A stretch of DNA of 47,498 bases from Ignavibacteriales bacterium CG07_land_8_20_14_0_80_59_12 (GCA_002779395.1 PEWR01000053.1:1-47498); one strand, 5' to 3'. Positions 1-9,795 are shown, counted from the stretch's first letter. The notes: generated by a model from the sequence alone, not told the origin. Program-made: numbers and translations.

Positions 1-263
1 AACTCTAACTCCATCGCCTGCTGACCGATCTTCTTCTCCAGTTGCGCGATCCGCGCCTCTTCAAATACCCTCTTCTCCAAACCCGCTATCCCCCCTGCGA
101 TGAAATCCTCCCGCCACTTCGTCAGGGTCGACACCGTCACTCCGTTCTCTCGGCTCACCCCATCCATCGACTCTCCCCGAAAAAGCCGCATCACCACCTC
201 CACCTTCCGCCGCTCTTCTCCATGATCTTCCCTTTCCCAGTCTTGTGAGTCCTTCTTACTCAA
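1..263 (-). mobile_element. IS3-family transposase OrfA (HTH), running off the left edge; start codon uncertain
   Basis: Hand translation of the minus strand (absent from the ORF track): ...RRKVEVVMRLFRGESMDGVSRENGVTVSTLTKWREDFIAGGIAGLEKR...IAQLEKKIGQQAMELE, an HTH plus coiled coil typical of IS3 OrfA. Confidence 0.7.
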
Positions 264-277
264 ATTAAGCCTAAAAA

Positions 278-305
278 GTGCTCACATGAAACTGGGGCCA
301 ATATA
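278..305 (-). repeat. Probable left terminal inverted repeat of the IS3-family element
   Basis: Minus strand reads TATATTGGCCCCAGTTTCATGTGAGCAC just upstream of orfA, resembling IS3-group ends; the partner end is outside the window. Confidence 0.4.
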
Positions 306-347
306 TTTCAGGACGCGGACCATATCTAGTTCATTTCTGATTGAATC

Positions 348-794
348 CTAACGTTCTCCATAAACCTCCCGCAACGCCCCACACCTTCTCTCTAATGAGT
401 CACTACTAAGGTAAACGTCAGCGGTATCGATGGCGGGAACATTCGGCTCCCATTGCCGATGCTCAATTAGGGTAACGACACTCTGTCCGGTCTGCACGGT
501 GCAGAAAAAGAATGTTTCGACGGTGACTCCGCCTATTTGATTCCAGTTGCCACTCTTGGGTGTGTAGCAAGTGCTGTCAATTCGCACAACGTTTGTGTCA
601 CCGATTGAGTAATTCCACTGATAACCGGCATCAGCCTGCAAGTCCAGTTGCAGAGTGAACTTCTGATTCCGGGGATAGAGAACGGTCTTTCCGTTTATTG
701 AGGAATCGAGCTCTAGAGCGACGGGCGATGACGGCTGTGAGCAACCGACTAGAGAGAAAAGAAGGATGAATGTGAAACAAACATGCGTTTTCAT
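348..794 (-). CDS. Protease inhibitor I42 (chagasin-like) lipoprotein, apparently frameshifted near the C-terminus
   Basis: Lipobox LVGC; chagasin-like loops ADAGYQW, IGG and RQWE; the expected final beta-strand LTFTLVVTH* lies in another frame (stop 392-394). Confidence 0.7.
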   Translation of the reverse strand: MKTHVCFTFILLFSLVGCSQPSSPVALELDSSINGKTVLYPRNQKFTLQLDLQADAGYQWNYSIGDTNVVRIDSTCYTPKSGNWNQIGGVTVETFFFCTVQTGQSVVTLIEHRQWEPNVPAIDTADVYLSSDSLERRCGALREVYGER

Positions 795-1001
795 TGTTCG
801 CTCCGTTTGTAGCGGCGTTGCCTAGCTGGTTACTATCATAACATCGTATACTGATTCTTAATGCTCAGGAATTTTATTTGCAATTTACCCGCAATCTTTG
901 ACGCACGTTTCTGAATGTCGAAGTGTCGGGATGGGGAACGTAGCTCGAAGGAAGTCTTCGATTTGCGCACCTGAACGGCCACGACAAAAGGAGCCACAGC
1001 A

Positions 1002-1835
1002 TCATTCCTTGAACTCTGAGACCTTTAGTGCGTCCAGCAATGCGGTCACACGCTCATAGGCATCTCGTTTGATCCGGTCGCGTGCCTCCTTGTCCGTAAT
1101 CTCGTCGAAGTCCGCGACAGAAGTGGGACCGAGGCTGTCGACCGACACGAACTTTGCTCTGATCTTGCGAAGCCCTTCTTGTACGAGTTTGTTCTGTATG
1201 ACCGGCTCAAACTGCTTCGCAAGAGCGTCTATGCCTCCTTCAAAGTTCTTCAAACAGAAGTGGATATCCCACGCATCCTTCTCGTTCATCCTTCCATACA
1301 ACGCCATTCCTTTCATCACGATAAAGGGGACGACTTCGCTCAGGTTTACCTGCACCCTATTGACGGCCCCACCAGGCATCATCCCCTCGACTGTGACCTG
1401 CGTGTGATGCTCAAGGGCCAGCTCGCACCCTCGGGCCTTTCTGGCTTTCAGGTCCTCTTGAAGAGGCTGATGACGATGCTCCTTGCCGACACCGCCATAT
1501 TCACCAGCAAGGAAATCCACCTGAACGGTAATCGGGTCGCCATCGTCAATCTTCACTTCTTTAGTGAAGACGAACGGCTGCTCACCTTGCGTGTAGCCTC
1601 GCTTCTCGAGGTGTTGTCGTATTGTTCGATACACATCGTCGGTGATCTCTTCTCTGTCAAGAGCAATGTCAACATCTGTGCTGCCAACATGTTCGGGACC
1701 GAAGAGAAAGAAGGGCACCCAGCCTCCAATGAGCACCATCTGCTCACGGTACTCGCCGAGGACCTGCATAAGCTCAATGAGAACGCTCTTTGCAGCTTCT
1801 ACCTCGCGCTGCCCATACTCTGACTTTGTTGCCAT
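1002..1835 (-). CDS. Nucleotidyltransferase-fold toxin (AbiEii-like, type IV TA)
   Basis: LIGGW...GSTDVDI NTase motif, C-terminal MKG...KDAWD; overlaps the end of the AbiEi gene. Confidence 0.75.
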   Translation of the reverse strand: MATKSEYGQREVEAAKSVLIELMQVLGEYREQMVLIGGWVPFFLFGPEHVGSTDVDIALDREEITDDVYRTIRQHLEKRGYTQGEQPFVFTKEVKIDDGDPITVQVDFLAGEYGGVGKEHRHQPLQEDLKARKARGCELALEHHTQVTVEGMMPGGAVNRVQVNLSEVVPFIVMKGMALYGRMNEKDAWDIHFCLKNFEGGIDALAKQFEPVIQNKLVQEGLRKIRAKFVSVDSLGPTSVADFDEITDKEARDRIKRDAYERVTALLDALKVSEFKE

Positions 1836-2896
1836 GAAGAACTCAAAGAATGTTGCATCAAGAAATCGGCAGCTTCTTCACCCCTGCCCTTGTAGGTTTT
1901 GAGATCGATGTAGATCTGCACATCGGAAACGACCCTTAGGCCGTCGATGTCACGGCTCTTGTAGAAGACCCCGGCGTCGTAGGGTTTGAGAAGCACGACA
2001 TTCGATCCGGACGGTACAGGTTTGAAGTTCAACGCGCTGGCTACCTGATCTAGATTGACATCAACAAAGACAAAGGACTTGTTCATGCGGACGTGGGGAG
2101 CGACGCGTGAAGCCGCAGAAAACAAACCGAGCGCATAGCGAATGTTCTGCTGGCTGCAATAGTTGGCGATCCGGCGTTCGACCTTCTGTGTTTCGTCGAG
2201 GGTGTAATAGTCCACGATGATGTTTCTCTTGTAGCGGTAGTTCTCCACCCAAGCATCAATGAGTCGTTGGGGAGATTTGACTCTCATCCGTCGATCCTGT
2301 TCAAGGACAAACTCCTCTTCGAGCAACTTCTGCTTCAGCCTTGATACGAGACCTATGCTGATCCCGGCCTCGCCTGCAATCTCCTGGACCTGCCACCACC
2401 TGTTCAAGTCGGAGAGGAGGACGCGGGCGACACGACTCGACTTGGGAGAAAAGAGAAACTTGCTCGATCGTTTTGCCGGTTGAAGATTCTTGTTCCCTTT
2501 GATTTCAATGTGTATCCCACCAAACGACAGATAGCAGTTACCGACAGCGTCAAGACAGCCAATTTGTTCCTCTTTGCAGGTTTCCATTCCGTCGTCAGAG
2601 ATGTATGGAGCCCCAACGGCGAGATAGAGATTTTCCTTGTCGGGAAACGCATGACGCAGAGCCTTGAGCTGACCAGCTGCTCTCCTAATAGCGGCTGGCG
2701 AGCCATCCGACTTGATTTCCACGAGTATCTCGTACTGGCAGTTCCCAATATCGACGACCGTGTCAATATCGACCTCGGCGTCGGCGAAACGCATGTTCGG
2801 CCGAAGATTTACCAGCCTGACATTGGGTAATCGCTCAAGGAGCTCGCTCAGCCGGTTGGCAATCTGCGTCTGTATGTTGGAACTTTGGTCGTTCAT
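1799..2896 (-). CDS. Type IV TA antitoxin, AbiEi (AbiEi_2-like) family transcriptional regulator
   Basis: EIK restriction-like N-domain, DAVGNCYL, HTH (QEIAGEAGISIGLVSR), C-terminal VSDVQIYIDL...GRGEEAA signature. Confidence 0.8.
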   Translation of the reverse strand: MNDQSSNIQTQIANRLSELLERLPNVRLVNLRPNMRFADAEVDIDTVVDIGNCQYEILVEIKSDGSPAAIRRAAGQLKALRHAFPDKENLYLAVGAPYISDDGMETCKEEQIGCLDAVGNCYLSFGGIHIEIKGNKNLQPAKRSSKFLFSPKSSRVARVLLSDLNRWWQVQEIAGEAGISIGLVSRLKQKLLEEEFVLEQDRRMRVKSPQRLIDAWVENYRYKRNIIVDYYTLDETQKVERRIANYCSQQNIRYALGLFSAASRVAPHVRMNKSFVFVDVNLDQVASALNFKPVPSGSNVVLLKPYDAGVFYKSRDIDGLRVVSDVQIYIDLKTYKGRGEEAADFLMQHSLSSSWQQSQSMGSAR

Positions 2897-2898
2897 TG

Positions 2899-2965
2899 TT
2901 TCACTATATTTGCAGTGTCACCGTCTGATGAAAACCAATATATAGTGAAATATACTCGCAGTCAA
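2899..2965 (-). promoter_or_regulatory. Promoter of the abiEi operon with an overlapping inverted-repeat operator
   Basis: TTGACT (2965-2960), 17 bp, TATATT (2942-2937); perfect 11-bp IR TTTCACTATAT (2899-2909) / ATATAGTGAAA (2940-2950). Confidence 0.6.
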
Positions 2966-3083
2966 GCCCAGTTTCACCTAAAGCACAGTTTCACCAACCG
3001 GTGACAACAGCTATAGAGTGAAATACCTCCGTTTTTCTTCAAATTCACCTACACCGGCTTGGTGTCCCAAGGGTTCATCTTTC

Positions 3084-3296
3084 CGGCATCGGCCACGGTT
3101 GTTGTCGGACAACGGGAATGCCTACGTCTCGGAGGAGTTGCGGAAGGACCCCCAGTCGAAAGGCATGACTCAAACGCACGGAGCGCAGTACCATCCGATG
3201 ACCCAGGAGAAGATCGAGCGGTATCATCGCTCGATGAAGAACGAGATCAATCTGCAGAAGTACTATCTGCCGTGGGAGCTGGAGCAGGAGATGTGA
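3084..3296 (+). pseudogene. IS3/IS481-type transposase integrase-core (DDE) fragment
   Basis: RPRLLSDNGNAYVS...YHPMTQEKIERYHRSMKNEI; no N-terminus, premature stop. Confidence 0.8.
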
Positions 3297-3371
3297 AGGA
3301 CCGCCAGGGTACGACAATCCGTGAAATAGCTACACTCCTTTGTCTCTCTAAGAACGTCTACGATATCGGCC

Positions 3372-3560
3372 ATGAGTAAAGTCTCCATCCTCAACGTGAG
3401 TTTTGACAACATCACCCAGGCTCAGGTTCTCGAGAGGACCGAGATGTTTATCAAGTCGACCGATTCCCATTACATTGTTACTGCTAACCCGGAGTTCGTC
3501 GTCCGTGCCCAGCGCGACGGACTGTTTCGTCGAATAGTCAACGAAGCCAACGTGAGATGA
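3372..3560 (+). pseudogene. WecB/TagA/CpsF glycosyltransferase N-terminal fragment
   Basis: ILNVSFDNIT...IVTANPEFVVRAQRD...IVNEA, stops at 62 aa before the conserved PDG motif. Confidence 0.7.
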
Positions 3561-3579
3561 GGAGCGCTGTCCAGCATCC

Positions 3580-4935
3580 TCACACAGCGGCGTGAGATCG
3601 AAACAAATCCTCTACTGATTCCGCCGCGCGGCGTCCACTCAGGATGGCGCCTTCAATTGTCGCCGGGTAACCCGTCGCGGTCCAGTCTCCTGCGAGGAAG
3701 AGTCCCTTGACCGGCGTCTCCGTCCCGGGACGGACTGAATCGACTCCAGGGAGTGATGCCATCGTCGCTCTCCTTTCTTTAATGACGACCTGTTTTGTTA
3801 CAGCCGCCTCCAGACTGGCAGGGAAGACGGCGCGAACGTCTTCGAGAGCAATCCTCGCGAGATCGGAAGAAGATCTCTCCACAAGCTCGCCCGCTCCGCT
3901 CATCACAAGCGTCAGATGTGACGGGCGCACCTTGTCCCCTGTTCGGATCTCCGGCGTGTTGAAAAGCCATTGGAACCTCCCGTCGAGGAGGGCGGCAAAC
4001 GGTAGAGGCGTCACTGCGCGGTCGAACCACAGATGCACATTGACGATAGCCGAGTGCGTCAGAGCACCCGCCTGACGCAGGATGTTTGAAAGTCCCCCAC
4101 GAGCGGTTGAATCCCGGAAGACTTCGTCCAGATGCTGGAAGGGAACGGCTGAGATGAGAGCGCGCGAGGAGATCTCCACGCCATTTGCAGCGTGAAGGAC
4201 AAACCCATCCTGGGTGGCGTCGATTCCGTCGATTCGGAGACCTCTCCTGACCTCCCCCCCATTCGCGAGGATGTACCGCTCGGCGGGTGACGCAATCAGC
4301 AACCGGAGGCCGACAAGCGGGAAGGCGAGGGACGAGTTCTCCCTTCTCCCTCCCAACATCGTCTTCAACAAAGTCTGAAATACTCTCGCGCTCGCACGTT
4401 CGGGGAGATCATTCATGACAGCCAGGGCGACGACATCCCAGAAACGATGCTGCCACTCCGAAGGCTGATCCGTCCGCGTGAGCCACTCACGAACGCTTAC
4501 ATCGCCGTCCTCGATTCCGTCCTTCAAAAGGTGGAATGCGCGCGTGATAGCCCGCAGGCGGATGGCTGGGCTGCCCAGGGGGAGGGCCAGGAGTCCGGCG
4601 AGAAGGTGAAACGGTGAAGGAAGCGGAGGACAGGAGAGCTGTACAAAGCTCCCTCCCCCGCTGAGGAATGGAACTGAGAGCGATGGTTGGACGGAGAGTA
4701 GGTGGTCCGAGCCGATGATCCGGAGGAGCTCGCGCGTCGCACTGTAGCACCCCATGAGGAGATGCTGGCCGTTGTCGATCTCCTCTCCCGTTGCCGCGTC
4801 GGTGTAGGATGAAGCCCGGCCGCCGAGCGTCCTCCTCGCTTCGAGCAGGACGGGCCGGAGGCCTGCACGGCAGAGATGGACGGCCGCCGAAAGGCCTGCG
4901 GCTCCGCCGCCGACGACACTGACGTCGTACTTCAC
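3580..4935 (-). CDS. hpnE: Hydroxysqualene dehydroxylase
   Basis: FAD motif VVGGGAAGLSAA, IDNGQHLLMGCY, LAGDWTATGYPATIEGA; follows hpnCD with a 4-bp overlap. Confidence 0.92.
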   Translation of the reverse strand: MKYDVSVVGGGAAGLSAAVHLCRAGLRPVLLEARRTLGGRASSYTDAATGEEIDNGQHLLMGCYSATRELLRIIGSDHLLSVQPSLSVPFLSGGGSFVQLSCPPLPSPFHLLAGLLALPLGSPAIRLRAITRAFHLLKDGIEDGDVSVREWLTRTDQPSEWQHRFWDVVALAVMNDLPERASARVFQTLLKTMLGGRRENSSLAFPLVGLRLLIASPAERYILANGGEVRRGLRIDGIDATQDGFVLHAANGVEISSRALISAVPFQHLDEVFRDSTARGGLSNILRQAGALTHSAIVNVHLWFDRAVTPLPFAALLDGRFQWLFNTPEIRTGDKVRPSHLTLVMSGAGELVERSSSDLARIALEDVRAVFPASLEAAVTKQVVIKERRATMASLPGVDSVRPGTETPVKGLFLAGDWTATGYPATIEGAILSGRRAAESVEDLFRSHAAV

Positions 4936-5798
4936 CGAAGCCGCGAGAACTCGTTTTTCAGATACGCGCCGAGCGCAATGATCCCCCTCGATACGGGGGA
5001 GAGTGAGATGCGCTCAGTGAAGACATCGTAACGATGGCACTCGATCTTGCGGAGGATTCCCTCATAGATCGCCTCCATCACACGCGCGGCGGTCATGAAC
5101 GGTTCATCTTCGGGAGTGAGGTGTGCGCGGGCGCTTTCAAAGAAACCGCGGGCACGCTCACACTCGAACCGCATCAGCCGCCTGAATTCCTCCGAGAGCT
5201 TTCGCTGGAGAAGATCTTCCTCCGGACAGCGAAAGCGGACAAGATCCTCCTGTGGAATGTAGATCCTTCCCTCCTGTGCATCGAGCGCGACGTCACGGAT
5301 GATGTTGGTCAACTGGAGAGCCTTGCCGAGGTTCACCGCGTACTCTTTCGCTTCCTCCGTCCTGTATCCGAAGACGGCGATCGACACAAGTCCGACCGTG
5401 GAGGCAGCGCGGTAGCAGTACTCCTGAAGCTCCTGGAACGTCTCATACCGGTGCTTCGTCAGGTCCATCTCCATCCCTGCGAGGAGGTCTCGGAATGGTT
5501 CGACAGGGATGCCGAACCGTTCAATGACCGTCTTCACTGCGCTGAACACACCGGACGCAGGCTCTCCGTTGAGCGACGCCTCGAACTCCTCCGAGAATTC
5601 CCGGAGCCGCCGCCGCTTGTCGGCGGGGTCGCCCGGCTCGTCCACAGCGTCATCGGCCGCGCGGAAGAACTCATAGACCGACATCAGCGCCTCGCGCTTT
5701 TCCTTTGGAAGAAGGAGAAGCGAGTAGTAGAAGTTGCTCCGCCGCGCTGTCAGCAGCGGAGACCCGGCACCACCGTCCGCTCTGTGAGATGATGTCAT
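4932..5798 (-). CDS. hpnD: Presqualene diphosphate synthase
   Basis: SNFYYS, ADDAVD, YCYRAASTVG, LQLTNIIRDV, GRIYIP. Confidence 0.88.
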   Translation of the reverse strand: MTSSHRADGGAGSPLLTARRSNFYYSLLLLPKEKREALMSVYEFFRAADDAVDEPGDPADKRRRLREFSEEFEASLNGEPASGVFSAVKTVIERFGIPVEPFRDLLAGMEMDLTKHRYETFQELQEYCYRAASTVGLVSIAVFGYRTEEAKEYAVNLGKALQLTNIIRDVALDAQEGRIYIPQEDLVRFRCPEEDLLQRKLSEEFRRLMRFECERARGFFESARAHLTPEDEPFMTAARVMEAIYEGILRKIECHRYDVFTERISLSPVSRGIIALGAYLKNEFSRLR

Positions 5799-6745
5799 GA
5801 GATTGGGAAGAGGATGCGAGGGATCATTGACACGGCATGACGTGTGTGGATCCGCGGCCTGTGGTGCAGAACGTCATAATCCGCTTTGCGGATCAGCTCA
5901 AGGATCTTTCTCCCACCGAGCCACGTCGCACCCAACTGAAGCCGCAGGCTTCCGCGGACCATCCGGAGGAGCGGCTTCCCTTCTTCGAACAGCTCTTCGG
6001 TCCGGTCGATAAGCCGCCTCATCATCCGGCGGAAGTCCTCGTCAATGACGTACTGCCGCAGCCGCTGATCATTGTACCCTGCCTTTTCCATTTCATCCAC
6101 CGGCAGGTACACCCGTCCCTGCGGAAGGTCGACTGAGAGATCCTGCCAGAAGTTCGCGAGCTGAAGTCCGGTGCAAATCCTGTCCGACAATTCGTCCATC
6201 GCGTCATTGCGGTACCTGAAGACTCTCAGGACGATTCTGCCAACCGGGTTTGCCGAGAAGCGCGAGTACGTGAGGAGATCCTCAAACAACCGCGGCTGCA
6301 CATGATCAACGTCCATGTGGAAGGCTTTCAGCAGATCGGAGAGAAGGGCCGCCGGGACTTCGAATCGAGTGAGAGCGTCGCAGAGAGCAAGGAACACCGG
6401 GTTGTCCGAAGGGGCGCCGCTCGACACCTTCCCAAGCTTCTCCTCCATCGCGCCGAGACGTGCATGGCGCTCAGCGGCCGGGAGCGCCCCTTCGTCTGCG
6501 ACGTCATCCGCGGAGCGCGCGAAGGCATAGACCGCGGCCAGTGCATTCAGCTCAGCCTTCGGGAGGAAAAATGAGATAACCGGGAAATTCTCATAATGGC
6601 GCCGCGCGATCTCACGACACTGTCGGTATGCATCGCGGAGCCCGGGGTGTGGTGGCGCGTCTCTCACAGCGGCGGCGACTCTGATGGCGGGCGTGCTGCC
6701 GTCAGGGTCATTCTCCAATTCATCGTCTGCACCGTGACACCTCAA
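5795..6745 (-). CDS. hpnC: Squalene synthase HpnC (true start probably downstream of 6745)
   Basis: HYENFPVIS, FARSADDVADEG, YSRFSANPVGR, LQLANFWQD. Confidence 0.9.
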   Translation of the reverse strand: MRCHGADDELENDPDGSTPAIRVAAAVRDAPPHPGLRDAYRQCREIARRHYENFPVISFFLPKAELNALAAVYAFARSADDVADEGALPAAERHARLGAMEEKLGKVSSGAPSDNPVFLALCDALTRFEVPAALLSDLLKAFHMDVDHVQPRLFEDLLTYSRFSANPVGRIVLRVFRYRNDAMDELSDRICTGLQLANFWQDLSVDLPQGRVYLPVDEMEKAGYNDQRLRQYVIDEDFRRMMRRLIDRTEELFEEGKPLLRMVRGSLRLQLGATWLGGRKILELIRKADYDVLHHRPRIHTRHAVSMIPRILFPIS

Positions 6746-7911
6746 AGCTTCTCGACCGCACTCCGTATGCGCCTGAGTGCTTCCTCGATGTTCGGGACGG
6801 AGTTGGCGTAGGAGAAGCGAAGATATCCATCACCGTGTTTTCCGAACGCCGTCCCGGAGAGGGCTGCAATGCCGGCCTCGTTGAGGAGGTAGTCCTCGAG
6901 CGCTCGCGACGACCTTCCCGTGCCCGTGATATTCGGAAACACGTAGAAGGCCCCCTGCGGACGATGGCAGCGAAATCCGGGGATGTTGTTCAAACCGTCC
7001 ACGATCACGTCGCGCCGGCGGCGGAACTCGGCGACCATGGCCTCGACATCCTTCTGCGGCCCGCGGAGCGCCTCGATCCCGGCAATCTGGGTGAAGCTCG
7101 CGGTGCAGGAGTTGCTGTTTATCTGGAGCTGCGCCATGCGTTCGGCGAGCTCAGCCGGCATAATGCCGTATCCAAGCCGCCACCCGGTCATGGCGAACGT
7201 CTTTGAATACCCGTCAAGGATGATCGTACGTTCCAGCATGCCGGGGAGAGAGGCAATGCTCTTGTGCTGAAACCCGTCATAGATGATACGCCGGTAGATC
7301 TCATCCGAGAGGACGATGAGATCATGTTCAACTGCGAGCCAGGCAATCTCACGAAGGTCCTCGTCGGTGAGGACGCCCCCGGTAGGATTCTGGGGAGAAT
7401 TGAGAACAATCATGCGGGTTCGCGGTGTGATGAGGCGTTTGAGCTCATCGATATCGAAGCGGAAACCCATCTCCTCGCGGAGCACGATCGGCATGGCTTT
7501 CGCGCCGATGAAATTGATTACCGACTCGTAGATGGGGAAACCGGGGTTTGGGTAGATGACCTCGTCACCGTCGTTGATGAGTGCGAGGAGGGCGAAAAAC
7601 ATGACCGGTTTGCCGCCCGGAGTCACGACAACGTTCGACGCATCGACCTTGATCCCGCGCGATGCGCTCGTCTCCTCCGCGATTGCCTCGCGGAGCTGAG
7701 GGAGTCCTGCCGCCGGTCCATAGTGGGTATAGCCCTCGTCAAGCGCCCTCGTCGCCGCTGCCTTGATATTCCCGGGTGTATCGAAGTCCGGTTCTCCGAT
7801 TTCAAGGTGGATGATGCTCCTCCCCTGGGCCTCGAGCGCCTTCGCCTTCGCAAGAACGAGGAAGGCGGTCTCAGTCCCGAGTCGCCTCATCCTATCTGCG
7901 TATCTGATCAT
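6742..7911 (-). CDS. PLP-dependent class I aminotransferase (aspartate aminotransferase-like)
   Basis: IGEPDFDTP, NSPQNPTG, SDEIY, GYSKTFAMTGWRLG. Confidence 0.92.
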   Translation of the reverse strand: MIRYADRMRRLGTETAFLVLAKAKALEAQGRSIIHLEIGEPDFDTPGNIKAAATRALDEGYTHYGPAAGLPQLREAIAEETSASRGIKVDASNVVVTPGGKPVMFFALLALINDGDEVIYPNPGFPIYESVINFIGAKAMPIVLREEMGFRFDIDELKRLITPRTRMIVLNSPQNPTGGVLTDEDLREIAWLAVEHDLIVLSDEIYRRIIYDGFQHKSIASLPGMLERTIILDGYSKTFAMTGWRLGYGIMPAELAERMAQLQINSNSCTASFTQIAGIEALRGPQKDVEAMVAEFRRRRDVIVDGLNNIPGFRCHRPQGAFYVFPNITGTGRSSRALEDYLLNEAGIAALSGTAFGKHGDGYLRFSYANSVPNIEEALRRIRSAVEKL

Positions 7912-7968
7912 TCTGCCTCCGATGGCAAGACATAGAGTACAACAATAAGCTGTGCAGGAACACCGTTC

Positions 7969-8934
7969 TCATGAGCCGCGGCGAGCAAGGACCCTCTTCA
8001 CTGCGGCGATGATCTCCCGATGCGTGAGCCCGAAGGCGCGCATCAGCTCGTCAGGGTCTCCGGACTCGCCGAAGCGGTCATTGACCGCAACGAATTCCAT
8101 CGGGACGGGATGGCCTCGCACCACCACCTCGGCGACAGCGCCCCCGAGTCCGCCATGGATCTGATGCTCTTCCGCCGTGACGATGGCTCCCGTTTCACGT
8201 GCCGCGAGGATGATCGCATCCCGGTCGATCGGCTTGATCGTGTGAAGGTTGATGACACGTGCGTCGATCTCATCTTTCGAAAGCTCCTCGGCTGCGACGA
8301 GGGCTTCCCACACCATCGCACCGCAGGCAATGATCGACACATCGCTCCCCTCCCTGAACACCTCCGCCCGCCCCACCTTGAACGGTGTCGACTCGTTCGT
8401 GTAAAGGGGAACCGCCTCCCGGCCGAACCGGAGATAAACCGGACCGGTGATCTCTTCCGCCGCGGCGATCGTTGCCTTCTTCATCTCCACTGCGTCGCAG
8501 GGAACAATCACAGTCATGTGAGGGAGGACGCGTGTCACGGCAATCTCCTCGAGCGCCTGGTGCGTCGCGCCGTCGGGTCCAACGGAGATCCCTGCGTGTC
8601 CGCCGCCGATCTTCACATTGGCCTCGTTATAGCACACCGAGACTCTCAGCTGGTCAAGGTTCCGTGCCGACGCGAAGACACCGTACGTGGACATGAACGG
8701 AACATAGCCGGTGAGAGCGAGCCCGACTGCCACCGTCGTGGCGTTTTGCTCGGCGATGCCGAGACTGAAGAAGCGGTCGGGGAACCTGTCGCGGAACATG
8801 GAGGTCATTACCGAGCCCGTGATGTCGGATCCGAGAACGACGACGCGAGGGTCTTTCTCTCCCGCCGCCACGAGGCCTTCTCCAAAGCCGTACCGTGTCG
8901 CTTTCTTCTGTGGCGGCGCCGTCACATCGAACAT
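7969..8934 (-). CDS. Transketolase C-terminal subunit (split transketolase)
   Basis: GIAEQN, GPDGATHQALE, GPVYLRFGR, EEHQIHGGLG. Confidence 0.92.
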   Translation of the reverse strand: MFDVTAPPQKKATRYGFGEGLVAAGEKDPRVVVLGSDITGSVMTSMFRDRFPDRFFSLGIAEQNATTVAVGLALTGYVPFMSTYGVFASARNLDQLRVSVCYNEANVKIGGGHAGISVGPDGATHQALEEIAVTRVLPHMTVIVPCDAVEMKKATIAAAEEITGPVYLRFGREAVPLYTNESTPFKVGRAEVFREGSDVSIIACGAMVWEALVAAEELSKDEIDARVINLHTIKPIDRDAIILAARETGAIVTAEEHQIHGGLGGAVAEVVVRGHPVPMEFVAVNDRFGESGDPDELMRAFGLTHREIIAAVKRVLARRGS

Positions 8935-8961
8935 GCCTTCCTCCCTTTCATTGCATGAGGG

Positions 8962-9795
8962 TCATTGAAGCTCAGCAAGCGCCCGTTCCCCCTGCTCCTT
9001 CGACGGAGGTTTCCCATGCCAGGTATAGTCGTCCTCCATGAACGAGACGCCCTTCCCCATAATCGTGCGGGCGACGATGGCGGTCGGGCGGCCCTTCACA
9101 GAGCGAGCTTCCCGGAACGCCGAGAGGAGCGCATCGAAATCGTGCCCGTTGGCCTCGACAACATGAAGGCGAAACGCCGAGAGCTTCTCGCCGAGCGGAT
9201 CAAGGCCCATGACCTGCTCGGTGCGTCCGTCGATCTGGCAATAATTCCGGTCGATGATGATAGTGAGGTTGTCAAGCTTGTAGTATCCCGCGGCCATGAG
9301 GGCTTCCCAGATTGAGCCCTCCTGCATCTCGCCATCGCCGCAGAACGCGAAGACATGCCAATCCGATTTCGCAAGATACTTCCCGCCGATCGCGATGCCG
9401 ACGGCGATGGAGAGCCCCTGTCCAAGCGAGCCAGCGGACGTCTCGAGACCGGGGAGCCCCATGTCACGCCCCGGGTGGCCTTGCAGCCGGGTGCCAAACT
9501 TGCGAAGCGTCATCAGCTCTGCTTTCGGGAAGAAGCCCGCCTCGGCAAGCGTCGCATAAAGGACCGGGCATATATGTCCGGCAGAAAGAACAAATCGATC
9601 CCGGTCCGTCCAGAGAGGCTCATCCGGACGATACCTCATTACGCCTCCGAAGTAGAGCGTAGCGAAAATGTCTGCGGAGCCGAGCGGGCCGCCGGAGTGG
9701 CCCGATTTCGCCTCGACGAGCATACGGATGATGTCGCGGCGGATCTCCTTCGCCATGTCGCGAAGCTCATGGACGGACAGCACGCGTTGTTCCAT
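8962..9795 (-). CDS. Transketolase N-terminal (TPP-binding) subunit
   Basis: SGHSGG, DRDRFVLSAGH, LQGHP, GSLGQG, GDGEMQEG...N. Confidence 0.93.
   Translation of the reverse strand: MEQRVLSVHELRDMAKEIRRDIIRMLVEAKSGHSGGPLGSADIFATLYFGGVMRYRPDEPLWTDRDRFVLSAGHICPVLYATLAEAGFFPKAELMTLRKFGTRLQGHPGRDMGLPGLETSAGSLGQGLSIAVGIAIGGKYLAKSDWHVFAFCGDGEMQEGSIWEALMAAGYYKLDNLTIIIDRNYCQIDGRTEQVMGLDPLGEKLSAFRLHVVEANGHDFDALLSAFREARSVKGRPTAIVARTIMGKGVSFMEDDYTWHGKPPSKEQGERALAELQ

Noticed and set aside
800-860. attC-like core (GCCTAGC) upstream of the chagasin gene
   Set aside because: No complementary arm or second core could be identified
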